From Acanthaster planci (lineage: Eukaryota), in contig NW_019091356.1 of assembly GCF_001949145.1 (NCBI RefSeq), positions 2,822,713 through 2,886,712 on the forward strand: a stretch of DNA of 64,000 bases, in the 5' to 3' direction. Made by a program: the position numbers and the translations under genes. Of this stretch, positions 1 through 13,700 are shown piece by piece (positions within the stretch are counted from its first letter, which is position 1; each line of letters begins with the position of its first letter). Below the pieces are notes generated by a model that made no database searches, was not told the origin of the DNA, and saw nothing but the letters and a program-made list of their open reading frames with translations.

Positions 1-115
1 CTTTTGACCGCCTGGCACTTTGGACCCGCCTGCCACTTTTGACCCGCCTGGCACTTTTGAACCGCCTGGCACTTTTGAACCACCTGCCACTTTTGAACTG
101 CCTGCCACTTTTAAA
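1..115. repeat. Minisatellite, about 18-bp unit CACTTTTGA(C/A)CCGCCTG(G/C), about 6-7 copies, truncated by the window start
   Basis: Directly visible tandem copies with small indels; lies upstream of the 716 exon, so intronic. Confidence 0.9.
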
Positions 116-715
116 GCACCAGATGCTTTTTGACCATCAGCTAATTTTAAATTATGTGTTATTATTAACTGTGGTATACACCATTTGCTGGAATTTTTAA
201 TTGGCCAATTTAGGGAACTGTTTCTCTGCGTATCATTCCATTGCCTTGTTTCATTTTTTTTCTGCCTGGAGAAATATCAAGAAAAGCACTGCTCATTTTG
301 AACACTGAAAGCGCAGCCCATGTACTTCCTCTTGATTTTTTGTGAAATTCGTTTGGTGAGATTTGTTTTTCCAAGATTTTACAATGGTGTACACTGACTT
401 TAAAAATCAGGTCAGTGACCATGTCAAAGCAGTCATTTGAACTTAGGAGTAATTTTGCCAGCAATCTTCAGAACTGACTGCTGGCACTCAGCTCCAAATG
501 TAAACCGCAGCCAGGATGACTGGGCATCCATTCTGTGGTCTTGCAACTACTGTAAAACTTACTACAACCAGCCTTCACTTTTGCTCGCTGCACTGTCTTC
601 TTTTGATCTCTCTTCCGTCCTGCATTACCTCACTCTACTCTGTGTTTCTGTCCAGTCTTCATTGACCTGCATTACTTAGCTCCTTCCCCTTCATTTTCCT
701 CTTTCTTTGCCACAG

Positions 716-954
716 GTCTCAAAGCTGGTGCTATTGTTGGCATCGTTCTCGGCGTCCTGGTGGCTGTCCTCCTCGTCTTCATTGCAGTGTTCTTCTTGGT
801 GACCCGCAACCGAGCCCAAAAGGGCCCCGCCCAAGCTGGCGACCTCACAGCTCCGGGATTCGACAATGTGCTGTACTCCACCTCCGGAGGACAGATCAAG
901 TACCCCGAGCCGTCTGAGGTCAGCAAAGAACCAGCGGATGCATCAAGTGCTTGA
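716..954 (+). CDS. Terminal coding exon of a single-pass membrane receptor (TM helix plus short cytoplasmic tail); mannose-receptor/C-type lectin receptor-like
   Basis: Pyrimidine tract and CACAG acceptor at 711-715. Translation (G)LKAGAIVGIVLGVLVAVLLVFIAVFFLV-TRNR...FDNVLY...SSA* gives a hydrophobic helix, basic stop-transfer residues and an FxNxxY motif like FENTLY of MRC1. The family call rests on the tail only. Confidence 0.8.
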
Positions 955-1672
955 TGCTGACCTGTTGACCTTCATGCAATTCTAACAGTTCCACTTTTTT
1001 TTGTTGGTTTTTAGTGGTTGAAACACTTGAGATTACTCCCACACACAGATTAACATCTCACAGGCTGCTCTTCGAAAACTTGGGTATCATATTCAGCAAA
1101 TTATGGAATTCTGATGATTTGCCAAAGATTTGTATCCCATCATTTTAATACATAAACCCCGTTTCTTTGTATAGTAGGATGTACTTTCAAAAATAACTGC
1201 ATTAATTTATAATACTTGCAATGTTGTAGCCGAGCACTGATTACAAGAGAACATAAAATTTGCCACCTAATATGAATGATATCAATTGACAGTCAGTGTG
1301 GAATTGTTCATTTCTTTGTTTTTCTTTAGTAGAAAGTTTGTAATTACTGAATGTGTATTAAAAATTTTTTTTTTAGTCATGCTTGCTGTTAAATAGTTTT
1401 GAAAGTGTCCTGTAATTTTTAATGTTAGATTCATTGAGAATCATCTGGCTGTCTCGGGCAAAGAAAAATGTTAAGAGATAATGGAAAATGACTGGGCGAT
1501 CATCGAATGTGAATATTTAATCTTTTCTAATCACTTTAAACAATTGTTTACACCTGTCTGGGATTTGAACGTGTTCCTCTCATTGAAAAACCATCATTTC
1601 CAGAACTGAGGACTGACAAAATTAACTTTCAAGATGGGCTCGGTAGAGTCGTTTGTGTTTGTCAAATGCATC

Positions 1673-1759
1673 AATAAACAAATCCAGCAATGTAAATCCC
1701 TGAGCAAATTATATTTTCCAGGGCCATGATTCTCAAAGGCCAATGAGTAAACTAATAAA
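1673..1759 (+). promoter_or_regulatory. Candidate polyadenylation signals (AATAAA at 1673 and 1754) for the receptor gene
   Basis: Two AATAAA hexamers 0.7-0.8 kb after the stop codon in AT-rich UTR-like sequence. Confidence 0.45.
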
Positions 1760-4685
1760 AATCAAATGGATGAAGCATTGTTGAAAAATGTACTCAAACT
1801 CCATCATGTCTGCATGTCTCTTGCAGCACCTTTGATCAAATTAAAAAAAAAACCTTTTTGAAGGTTTTTTTTTTGGCGACAAGCCATGCAAACAGGATAT
1901 AGACATGAAGACAAGAACCTTTTTATTATTAACATTTAGGCAGTAAAAAACACAAATACTGAGATGGCAATATAAATATGTTGAATGGTAATAAACGTTT
2001 CCAAGTACAAAAATAAATGTGGCATTAACAAAAGCTCCCTGCAATTTTTACATGTAAATATGCAAGCTGATTCCAAATTGGCTGAATCGACTCATCGACG
2101 AGTGTGTTAGTATCTGGCAAGAGCCAAGTTATTTTAAAGGCAGCTTTGCACTACAACTGAGGACAACACACTGTACATGCTTAAGGCACTTTGGGATACC
2201 AACAACAGCAGTAGCAATCTGAAGTCTCGGAGCTTTCCATTCAGAGACAGTTGCAACACAGCTCCTGTTCCCGTACTCCATAAATATCCAGCACGGCACA
2301 GTATTTCTAAACCGAGGCTCATTTTGAAACGTTGCAACACTTGGAAAGTTCGATCCAAGAAAACACCGGCTTGTGAATATACAGTCTTCCCTGAAAATGC
2401 AAAGAGGCTCCGTCCAAAATGGGCAAATGCCGTCTGCGGCTCTGGCTATTAACTGTTTGCATTTCAAAGGCAAAAAAGTCAAAGCCAAAGCCACAAGACA
2501 CCCAATTCTGAAGCAGCCTGAAGGGATGCACCATGATCACAATTGAACATTTCAAAATGAATGGTAACCTTCCATCATGTTCTCCACGATGGAAACACTA
2601 GCCCGATCTAGTACATGTACATCTCTAAATAAAGACAGACTTCCCCATTCAGGGAAAATGCACCGTGATCCTAACACAAAGCATTTATGAAAAGTTAAAG
2701 ATTCTTCTGAGTGAAACGGGAATGCTCTTAGTTTAGAGTTACTTTCTTAAAAAAAGGGATTTCTCATGCACCTAACGATCTATATACACTAAAACACTGA
2801 CTGAGCTACACAAAACTTCCCAACTTATCTTCCTATCTCTAAAGACCGATTACGCCCATTAAGTCACATGACCTATTAGCGGTGTCCTCCCATAGCAAAG
2901 TGTGCTTTAGGTGTTGTTTACCCCCCAAAAAGGGCTAATTTTCGGTATAGCACTCAGCATATTAAGTCTGAGTACTTCACCGTCTGTTGGTTTTATTTTC
3001 GGTAAATTACACTCGCGACACGCTTTGCTAGGGATTACACCATGTTTGTTGATGTTTGATACCCACTATAGATCATGTGGCTTAGTGGGCACAATTGGTC
3101 TGTTCGGCAAAGACATTAAAATAATTTGACAAGATCTCTTATCACCAATCCCAAAAAATCTGTTTTGGAAAGCACCAATTTGAAAGGAAAAGTCGTATGC
3201 ACAAAATATTTCAAATGGTTGTACATTTCATGTATCTGTAGTTAAAGTTCACTTTTTGAGAATTGAAATTTACGTTCAAAAAAGGAAAGGAGCATTTCCA
3301 AGTTTATTGTACATGCAGTTAAACCCCGTAGTCTCTTATATAAGAACTCTTCTGCCTAAAACACACAAAGAATTACATAAAAAAACAGGCTAAAGTGTTG
3401 ATGAGACACTTTCTTTACATGTACACTTCAAATCTGTCGTCCCCACTTGGCTCTCATAGAAAAAATGCACATGCTCTCATAGGAAAATGCACATGTGAAC
3501 AAAGTGTGATATCATAAATAACTGGCCTATTCATGGTGAAACTTGGTCCTTCCTTGATAAACGTTGACATGCAGGCACACTTGCCTTCCTACCCCCCCAA
3601 AAAAGCTATTTGGTCTGATGCGCTGAAAATAGTGCCTTTTTTACCCAGAGATGACAATCAAGTGTGACCCATAACTAAACAGAAATATCAACATCCAAAT
3701 CTAAGTAACTATGACTCTCTATAAACTTGCTTGAGTTTTAGTGGGCTACAAACTTGGGCCTACGGTAACCGTTTCAATTTGTTTTGATTATTTTGGAGGT
3801 GGGGCAGTTGATTTTGATTAAATGCTCTTCTTTAGAGAAAAAATAGCACATTGCATTCGTATCATGTCCGAGTAACAGTCTCAACCAAAGCTTGAAGAAA
3901 TCTATCAACCAAATCTTCGGACAGCTGTTAGTACCTTTTTATGACACCATGCTACAGTAAAGTACAACACACTCAATAACAAGAATCTTGGCCTTAAACA
4001 CTGAATACCTCGAAAAATAAAAAGTAAGCACAGACACATTGCTGAAGCTACATTCTGGAATCCACTCCTGAATGTGAAGGAGAGAATGATTTCTATAGAA
4101 AGTATTTCAATTTCAGTGCATTTTTGCAAATTAGGAAAGAAAAACAAATAGTTTTCTTCCCAAATATTTTGTCCGTGTTTCTGGATACCCATAAATAAAC
4201 TACACGTCCAAATCTTATGTACTGTTACGTAACTCCACAAGCACAGGTAAAGAAATCAAACCTATGAATAACAGTTCAAATGAAAACTTGATACACACTA
4301 CCCGACGCCAAAACTTCCAAATCACTAAGCCGGACAAAGCTCAATGCAACAGGGTCTCTTCTACAAATCCTTTGTCAAGTATCTTAAATTTTGGGGCAGT
4401 TTGATGTTTGCCACATGGTTCAGCATCTACTTTGCATTTTTTTGTGGACTGACCCCTTTGAAGTAAATTTCACCACCGACAAAAAAATACAACAAAAAAA
4501 AACTATGAAAAAGCCTACAATATACATGTATTTACACAAAGTGACAGTAAGAACGGAGCAGGCTTCTTTGAGTTTTTGGTTTCACTGTGCGCCTGCATCA
4601 GCACGGATGCAGAACGGTACTCACCACATGCGATCCTCGTCTGGCACTGTCTACGGTTCACTAGAGGAGGGGGGAAGTCCTAGGG

Positions 4686-4778
4686 TCACTGGAGGCGGGG
4701 GAAGTCCTCGGCAAAGAGGGTGTGGCAGCGACAGATGGGACACGTTCTCTCTCTGCTGTTGTACCAAATGCTGATGCA
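4686..4778 (-). CDS. RING ligase last coding exon, second half of RING-H2 (CISIWYNSRERTCPICRCHTLFAEDFPRLQ*)
   Basis: TTTTTTCTGTCTGTCCTACAG acceptor; C-x3-W...CPxCR signature; TGA at 4688-4686. Confidence 0.92.
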   Translation of the reverse strand, partial: CISIWYNSRERTCPICRCHTLFAEDFPRLQ

Positions 4779-7700
4779 CTGTAGGACAGACAGAAAAAAA
4801 GTAACTGATTAAGCAGTTGTTGGTCGCAAGCGCTCATCTTCCCAAGTAACCCTTGTTTCATATTTGAGATACAAAGCTCGTGTTGTAATCTGTACGAAGT
4901 AGAATTACCCCTCAACGGCCCAAAAGAGACAGGTTGGCAAGAATTGTCTCAACTGGGCAGCTGGAGAATGTGCAAAGACTGCACTGGACCCATGTGCTCG
5001 GCACGAATTGTACCTAACGTGTACCAAACGTGCACCGACCTGTGCGCGCACCTAGAGATTCCCAGCCGCAGAACCGTCGCTTCTGCATACAGGAACGCCA
5101 TCTCTTGTTCTCACATTGTGCAAGTAAGGAGACAAACCTCCATGTTTGTCCCATTCCACTTAAATACCCTCCCTCTCAATGCGATAAGCCTCCACTCCTG
5201 TGGTATTTTGAAAGAGCCAGGAACTTTCCTAGATTCTCAAAAACCCAACAGGAAAGTACCGGCCAGGAACCCAGGTGGAGCATTCTTCGTACAGCATGCA
5301 GATGAGCGCAACAAACATATACACACTTCAATTTATCATGAGCAGTTAGCCAGCTGACCAGCATTGGTGATGGCCCCACAGTGCAGAAGGTTTTCTTTAT
5401 CTCGAGACAAGCATGTTCAGGCAAGCCATGCCCCCGACTAGTCAAAGAGGTATTCTCCGCACACATACAACCTGCGTGAGCCTGGTATCACCACAGCAAT
5501 GGCTTCTGACTTCGCTTGTTAGATAAGTTTGGGGGTTTTCAAGACACATCAAGTCAGAGCAGTAGATAAGAAAAAAAAAACACTACAAAATTACCCACTT
5601 TTCCTGTAACTAAAACAGCAGGAATGACAACCGCACTACGAACACAGGTCAAACATTCAAGAAAAAAAAATCAGACGCAAACTCATTGAAACAAAATGCT
5701 GCCGATAACAGACCACAAACACAATGACATCACACTTGGTTTTACACGTGCACTTCCCTCTGGGGCTTGATGGATCGCATGCCAACTTCACAGCGACAGG
5801 AAAAGGCACATGCAAACAGTGTTACTAAGTTACAGGTCTGTTTTAGCTCTACAAATACCACCTTCGTGCTATCCACTGCATGCTACCAATCATAGTGGCT
5901 CTGAGTGCACAATGAATCACACAGCCATGCCAGCATAGCAAACCACTTCCAATCTCCAATCGTTCTTACCATTGGCACAGACGCTCCAGGTGTAACGGTC
6001 TTGCAAAGAGAAAATAAACTTAGGTCATGGGAGTTAATGGAGTCGTAAGAACTGCAACCCTCCGAAGGGTCAGCAGCGTCAGTAATGACACAGTCAGCCT
6101 TTGGCGACCTCAATTTGAATAAAATCTGGTACACTGAGTTACCTGATTGCACAAAACCATGACAATTTGAATTCTACAGACTCAAGAGACTGTTGCTATA
6201 CCTCGCGATTCGGGACAAGCTTTTGTACAGCGACCAACATCTCTGGAATGGACTGGTTCCTTTGCGCCCTTCTTATCCATTGAAAACAGTGTATTGGTGC
6301 AAGGCGTCTCTTATGTATCTAAACAAAATCTTGCTCTGAATCACGAGGTCCGGCAAGAGTATCTTTAGTATGGAGAATTCAAATTGTTATGTTCATATGA
6401 ATTTATAGAATCCAGTGTATCAGAGTTTATTCAAATCTCTCGCAAAAGGCTTATTTACAAGGGCCACCAACTTGACAATGGCTTGGTTTGACCATCCTCA
6501 AGCCTGCATAAATCTTTCCTAATGCTCAATGGATTTTGAATGAACAACGAGAATAGGGTTTGATGTAACAACAGTTTACTAATTTTGGTATACACCCAGG
6601 GCAAGTAAAATACTTACTTACAACTGGAAGATAGAGAGAAAAAAGTGGACCCCCCAAAAAAACCCAAATGCAATCCAAAAGTCACCAAATGAGAAAAATT
6701 CACCAGACAGACACAAAAGACATACAGGCTAACAGACAGATGAGGGTAAGAGAGGCAGTAGACAGATGCACTGACAAAGCGACAGACCTCATCATGAAAC
6801 CCACCTCATCATGAAACAGGTGGCCACAGTCCAGCATTCTGACATCACCACTCTTGGAATTCATGTCCTCCTGACAGATGACACATATGTCTGAGTCCTC
6901 CTACATGAGATCAAGTTTTAAAGATTACAAAAGCTTACGTCCAGACAAAGAATGGAGATTAAATACAAGGAAAGCTCTAGGCACTTACGGGAAGGGGAAA
7001 AAGGGGAATGAAGGTTAAGGTTAAGTTGACCCTGCCCAGTGGGGCATTTATTACCCAGAATCCTATTTTATTGTGCACAGATTTGGGTTTCAGCCTTTTA
7101 TCAGAGAGCACTGTCTTTAGCCCTTCCTACGCCTTCTAGTGTGACCAACAGGCTGTATCTGAATCAACTTGCTGTGGCTTGGATTTGTGCACACGTCTAT
7201 GGAAAGAAACTGTAGCCACTAGCTTGTGGTGTCCATGGGAGAACTGTTATTGTTATCCACAGCCGTAATATTTGGTTTTGACTAACAAAGCAACTGCTCC
7301 ATGCTGTATGGTCAACAGTGTGTGCATTAATGTAATCAGCAAGTAGTAAGTGTAAACAAGGGCTAAAGAAATCCTTTGGAAGGATGGATTTTAGAACAAC
7401 GTAGGGACGACTATGAACAGGGAGTACCGGATGTGGAAAAGTCTGCTGGATCGCCTGTAACGTGGGGAGTTCACTCTCCTTGGGCTGGTGGGGTTGGGGC
7501 GGGTTTACCAGCTGCGGTCTGGGCGGTTCCAACTTGGCCTGCAGGTAGAGCCTGGACTCGGCGATGATGGTGCTGAAGGGGGTGCCGCTCAGGCTGCCAT
7601 GGTGGTCCTGACGCACCTGCCGGATCACCTCCATCACCTCCTTGCTGTGATCGTTGACAAAAAAGGATGCCACTTGACTAATTAAAGACATGTGCATGTA

Positions 7701-10700
7701 TGTCCATCATCTGCCACATCCCTATGATGATCCTTTACAGTCTGATGTCGAGATCCAATTTAATGGCTCCTAAATGTATTTTCTTATACTGTTTGACCAA
7801 TTTTCACAACCCACGACTACAACTCAACCTTCAGGCAGAGTGTCCCAAATAAATTAAAGAGTGAACAAATTTTCATCCCTCTCTGAATATAGCATCATCC
7901 AAAGGCGAAACAGTGGGAGTTGTCTTTTCAACATGTAACTGGGCTCATTTATGTAACAATAGTGTGAAACAGAAGTCATTGGAGTCTACAAAATATTGCA
8001 AGCCAAAAGTACTGGGCGCACCAGTGTTAATCCACTTGTCCATCTCTTAAATTGCCAATGTTGCTGCTGAAAATGCGAATTTGGTTTCCAAACAAAAAGG
8101 ACAGGCACTTTCCAACTTAAACACGCTGTCAGAAGAATAATTTAAGAATCTTCAAATCTCATGGAATTAAAAACGTCAACAACAGAAAAGTTTTAAAACT
8201 AGCCCAAGTCAGATAAAAATGCTTTACCAATTACTATGTAAGCAAAGAAATGCAATGAAATCAAAATGAAATCACAGAGGAATAAGTGTTTCGAGACGGG
8301 AACAGTTCAAACCGACCGTTTCCAATCCTTTCCGATCAACAAGAGTGAGTGAGAACAAAGGCTGTGGGAGAGCGACTCACGGTTTAACGCCGGTGAACTG
8401 CTCAGACAACACCCCGATGAGCTTGTCCATGCACCCCTTCTTGCCCGCCTTGGCCTGCTGTTGCTTCCATTCTGCCTCAAAGTGTGCCAACGCTTTCTTC
8501 TTCCGCTTGCTCATCTGAGGGGGGGAAAAGAGGAAGAGACGAAGCCACGTGAGCAAATTGATTCAAGCCTGAGGGGCCCAAAGACGGAATACACTTGGAG
8601 TGCATGCCCATTCAAACAATCCTCTTTCTCATCAAGTTCTGATCTGAAAAAAATAGGGGACTTGTTATACGTGCAGTTAGGTCAGTGCTGGTAAAACAAT
8701 GATGGCATTCAAGTGCAAGGAATCAGATTAACTACTTGCTGCCGGGGAGCCTATTCGTATTCTTTATATGCATAGCCGGGGTCTCCGAAATCAGACAAAG
8801 GGAACTGGGCCTTTTAACAAAGACCGTACTCGTGACAAAAGACCAGGCTGCTTGGAATTACCAACATTTTTAAACTCTCAATAGTGGAAATAATCCAGCA
8901 TTTTTTTGAAACAGTATACCACTGTTTGGGTCATTCAGTGCGAGCGGATTACCACCAGGGACAAAAGTGCTCAATCACCTCAGCGATGAGCCACACAGTA
9001 CCGCTGAAAGCTAATCTGGCCCCTATTGAAAAGAGGTAAGCAGGGCACTGTGCCAGTTTTGTGAACAAAAGAAAATTATGTAACACAGAACAATCTGGGC
9101 TCTTTTTACACGGTGGCAGGCCTGGCTGAAATACTCCAGCATCAATAGAAGTTGTCTGTCAGATTAGAATAGAAACCAGAAAGTCCTTCATGTGGGTGTA
9201 AGTATCCAGTAAATGAAGATATGAATTTGTTAAGAATTTTGAAAACAGAAAAAAATGAAAAAGATCCCATCCCAGCAGAATCAACATTCATTAATGCCCC
9301 CCATGCGATGTGGTTAAGAAATGTAGACTCTGAAGTTTCGGTTTACTTACCTGTGTCTGCCACTCATCTTCATCCGATTCCTCTTCTAGTTCTGTTTCTG
9401 TGATGGTGGCCATCTGAGCTTTCTGCACATCTGTTGTATCATCCAACGAGTCTAGGTTTGCAGTCTTCCTCTTCTTGACTCCACTGACCTCCCTTGGCTT
9501 GGACACCTCTTGGGCTGGGCCAGGGGCGGGTGCGAGGCTAGCCTCAGATTGCGATGGACAGCTTCGCTGTTGAATACGCCGTGCTGCCTGGAATCTTGGC
9601 GGCAGGGAGGATTGCCTACGTTGGGCGACACCTGACCTCCCCTCACCAAAGCCGAAATCCCTGGTGTTGGTGTCCGATTTGGTCCCCTGGGTGCTGGGGT
9701 GATGAAGTGGTTCGCTCTGTTGTATTCCCTTGTGAAAGGCATTGGTGGACGCCAGACTACTGGGGTTGGCCAGAGGAGGGTGGAATGAGGGAAGAGTGAA
9801 GAACAGAGGCTTTGGAGTAGGTGTGATGGGTCCGGAAGTGGGCAATAATGGCTCTGGAGTGGGTAAGAGTGGCTGAGGAGTGGGCAAAAGAGGGTCTGGA
9901 GTTGGCAGTGACTGCCCTGGGGTTGGCAATGATGGCTCAGCAGTGGGGAACCACAGCTTAAGAGGGGACAATGATGGCTCAGGAGTGGGCAGCGACGGCT
10001 CAGGAGTGGGCGATGGCTCAGGAGTGGGCAGCGATGGTTGGTGAGTGGGCGATGGCTCAGGAGTGGTCAGCGATGGTTCGTGAGTGGACAACTGCAGCTC
10101 GGACATGGGCAACAATGGCCCATGAGTAGGCAATGATGGCTCAGCAGTGGGTAAGATTGACCCAGCAGGCGGCGTTAGTTGGGTGTCTTTGGAAGGTACT
10201 AGGTGACCGTGCACCTTGCTATCATCCTGGAGATCCTTCAAGCTTTCAGCCCTTTCTCCTGGCAGGTTGTGGATGTGCTTGGCTTTCCACTCCATGCAGA
10301 TCCTCTGCGCCGGTGTGAGGCTGCTCTGTGAGCCACTCGATAGGACCTGGTTGGGATTCCCAAGAGTGCCTGGATTTCTGACGTTATCAGCCAACTGGAA
10401 GACCAGACTACCTTGGCTCACTGTTGCCCGAGACGTGACGGCCCCAGCCAGTATCTCGCCGCTTGATGGCAAGCTTGCCAATTCCTGTTGTTGATCACCT
10501 GCAGGATGATGGCTGCCAGAGATGACTGCAGCATCGTGACATGGCTCACCGGCACCAGACTTATCAAATGTCCCACAGGAGGGAGCGGGCGGACAACTAG
10601 TCTCCACAGCACCAGCTGGTCTTTCTGTCGGCAGTCCATCCGGCTGGGAGGCGTGGCCCCCAGTACTGAAGATGGAAGCCGCAAACAGGTTCATCTTCCT

Positions 10701-13700
10701 GGCCGAGTGTCCCAGGGTGAGCGCACCATCCATACCGGCAGGAAGGTGAGGTCCTTTGGAGCATACCGACCTCAGTCGGGAGAGGTTCGAGTCACTCTGG
10801 ATTCGCTTCCGCATGTTCATGAGACGCTCCGCTCGAGTTTTGGCTGCAGGCTGCTGCTTCACAGGCTGGGCTGCACATGGTGCTTGCTATATTAAAATAA
10901 AAAAAATCATACATGGTGATAGGTTTATGTTGTGAATTTTACTAAGAATGATTATGTGATATGCCACAAACATGCATGTATACCGGTCAGGGGCACATTA
11001 GCAATGTACGCCATGGTACTCATGTACCATGGCATGCTATGGTTGCTCAGGGTGCCATCTGCCCCTCCAGGTGTATAAAACACCATGGACCCCTTCACAG
11101 TTGGCAACAATTGTGTAATGATGCGCAGTTCAAGGCCATGATATATACAGGCATCGCTGCTGGCTTAACTTGGTAAACTGTGATTGTCTTTTTGGAAATG
11201 GAACATCAATTCTGACAGTCCAGAAGTATACATGAGAAATGTGATGAATATTGTACTTCACATCAGTGAATGATGAATCAGCTTTATTATAGTGCTACCT
11301 GAATTTTAAAATCTACCTCTAGAAATGAACTTAACCACTTTGTGCCCGTACTGGAGATGTTGGCTTAATACGCAAAGCCGGGGTGCCCGAAATTGGACAA
11401 AGAAGCTGGGCCTTGTAACAAAAGACCGTACTCGGAGCATACACTGAGCTGCTGGGCATCGCAACATGCAGTTGTCAATAGCAGAGGAAATCCATCATTG
11501 TTTTGAAAGATTATACCACTATTTGTGGTATTGAGCACAAGTGGATTGCCACTGGGGACAAAAGCGCTCTGGGGCTCCAGGGATGAGCGATACAATAGCA
11601 CTGCATGCTAATCTGGTCCGCATTTGAAAAGACGCCAGCAGCACACCGGGCTAATTTTGGAGACAAAAGAAAATTACGTAACATCGCACAATCTGGGCTC
11701 CCTTTACAAGGCAGCAGGCCTGGCTGAAATACTCGGGTGTCAATAGATGTTGTCCATCAGATTAGAGTAGCCACTAGACAGTCATTCGTGTGGGTGTAAA
11801 CATCCAGTAAATAAAGTTATGAATTTTGAAAACAGAAAATCTTGAAAATCCCCCGGGAATACATCACACAACTTCAAATTAAACCCGACAGCATATGGTT
11901 AAAATTGTTACTTTGATTAGTTTGCGTAAATTTACTTATGAAAATCCATAACGGTTGGATCCTTTACTGGAACATTCTAGTGTCGTGGGACCAAAACTGA
12001 CGATGATGAGCATTATCATAATAAAATTCATCTTCCAAAGGGATAGCTGACCTGGTTTTCTGCAAGTCCAGGAGGTACATCCCCTCCAACAGCTAAGGGA
12101 TATCCAAATGTGAATCTTGGCGGCAAGACTTCTTCATAAACAGCGGGGGTAGCTTTTGGCAACTCTGGCACTGGGGCTGAGTGAGGTTGAGTTTCTGCCA
12201 ACTCCTGCAGCCCACTTGCATCTTGCTGCATGTCTGACGGCTCGTCTGGCACTGCAGGTGCTGTTGCTGACGCTGCTGTGTCAGGTTGGTCGATGATTTC
12301 AGCATCCGCAGTTGGCACTTCGCCAGGTCTGATGGGAAAAGGCATATGATACAGGACAAAAAAAAAACCAAGTTAACCTTACCATTACGTTCACAGTAGC
12401 TCTGTCCCTGTGGAAGGGACTCCCAAGATGCTCAAAAGCTTCTGAATGCTAAAGTTATTGTCTTAGATGAGGAGATATGACCAACAAGACCAGAGTGTTT
12501 GACTCAAGCTTTTGTCAGTATTGCAACACTATTGCTTAATACATCAGATCAAGATACCACTGTCCATGAGCAAGATATTTTACAATTATTGTTTCTTAGA
12601 AAAATGTTATTGGGGGTATTTGTTAAAGTAAAATACACTCAAACTTACAGGCCTGAGAACAAAACTTGCAGATTGATGGTGCATCCTACAAGTTTGCCAA
12701 ATAGGAATGCAGACCTAATGAGCAGGCTCACTGATAGCCTAATGGCTCTTGCAAAACGCTTTATGCATATCACGACTCCTTCAATATTCCAGCAAATAAT
12801 GGTACCTTCTGATATCACACTGTGAGCTGGCCAACCTCCGCCCACGTCCTCTCCCAACAGCCTTGGGAACCCTGACTGGCTGTCTAGTCGTGTCACTGCC
12901 AGACAGCGTCTGACCGTCCAGAGGGGTATTGTTGACAGTTCCTTTCAAGGAGGATGCCGGAAGGCAAGGTTTGGGAGCCTGGTCAGTGTTCTTTGTGGGC
13001 TGAGCTAAGAACTGGAAAACCTGGTGGGGTTGGCTCGTAGGCTTGGCCTTCACCGAGAAGGAGTTCTTAATGGAAAGTTTGGGCTGTTTTTTAAAAAAAA
13101 AAAATCAGGGCTTAAGGATAATACCAACCTTATTTCTAATCAATTAAGATGATTAATTCAACCAGGCATGAACTACTTTTTTATCTCAAAGAGAGTTTCC
13201 AAGTCAAACAGTATTTGTCTTAAAGTTCAAAGTGAGAAAATAGGAATCATCAATTATCTCTAGCAAGCAATATTAAAATTTTGAGAGGATGCATGAACGA
13301 GAGCCTCTTCAAAAAGATTCAACCAATGCACCATGTTAACGTCATCCCAAGATTTAACAATTACACGATGGGAAGAAGTGAACCCCCCACCTCAAAAATA
13401 ACCCAATCATTAAAGGGCAGCAGCATGAAAGATAACAGCTTTTTTTTTTACCACCGAGACTTTGAAGGTATCCAACTGAGGCGCAACCAGTTCAGGTAGC
13501 TGGCCTAGTGTCTTGTCTTCATCTCTGATCATCCTGACCAGGCTGTTATACTTGGACTCCAGTTTGGAGGTATGAGCCTGCATCGAGTTCTGATACTCTG
13601 CCCATCTGATGACTAGGTGAGCTTTCTCACAGAAGCTGTTGGAAGGAGAGAATATTTGCAAATCAAGATTTCAAAACACGAAAAGTCTTTTCTGGTTTTC

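Noticed and set aside
1..115. Short repeat array as a CRISPR or coding repeat
   Set aside because: Units are contiguous without spacers, indels break the frame, and the context is a eukaryotic intron.
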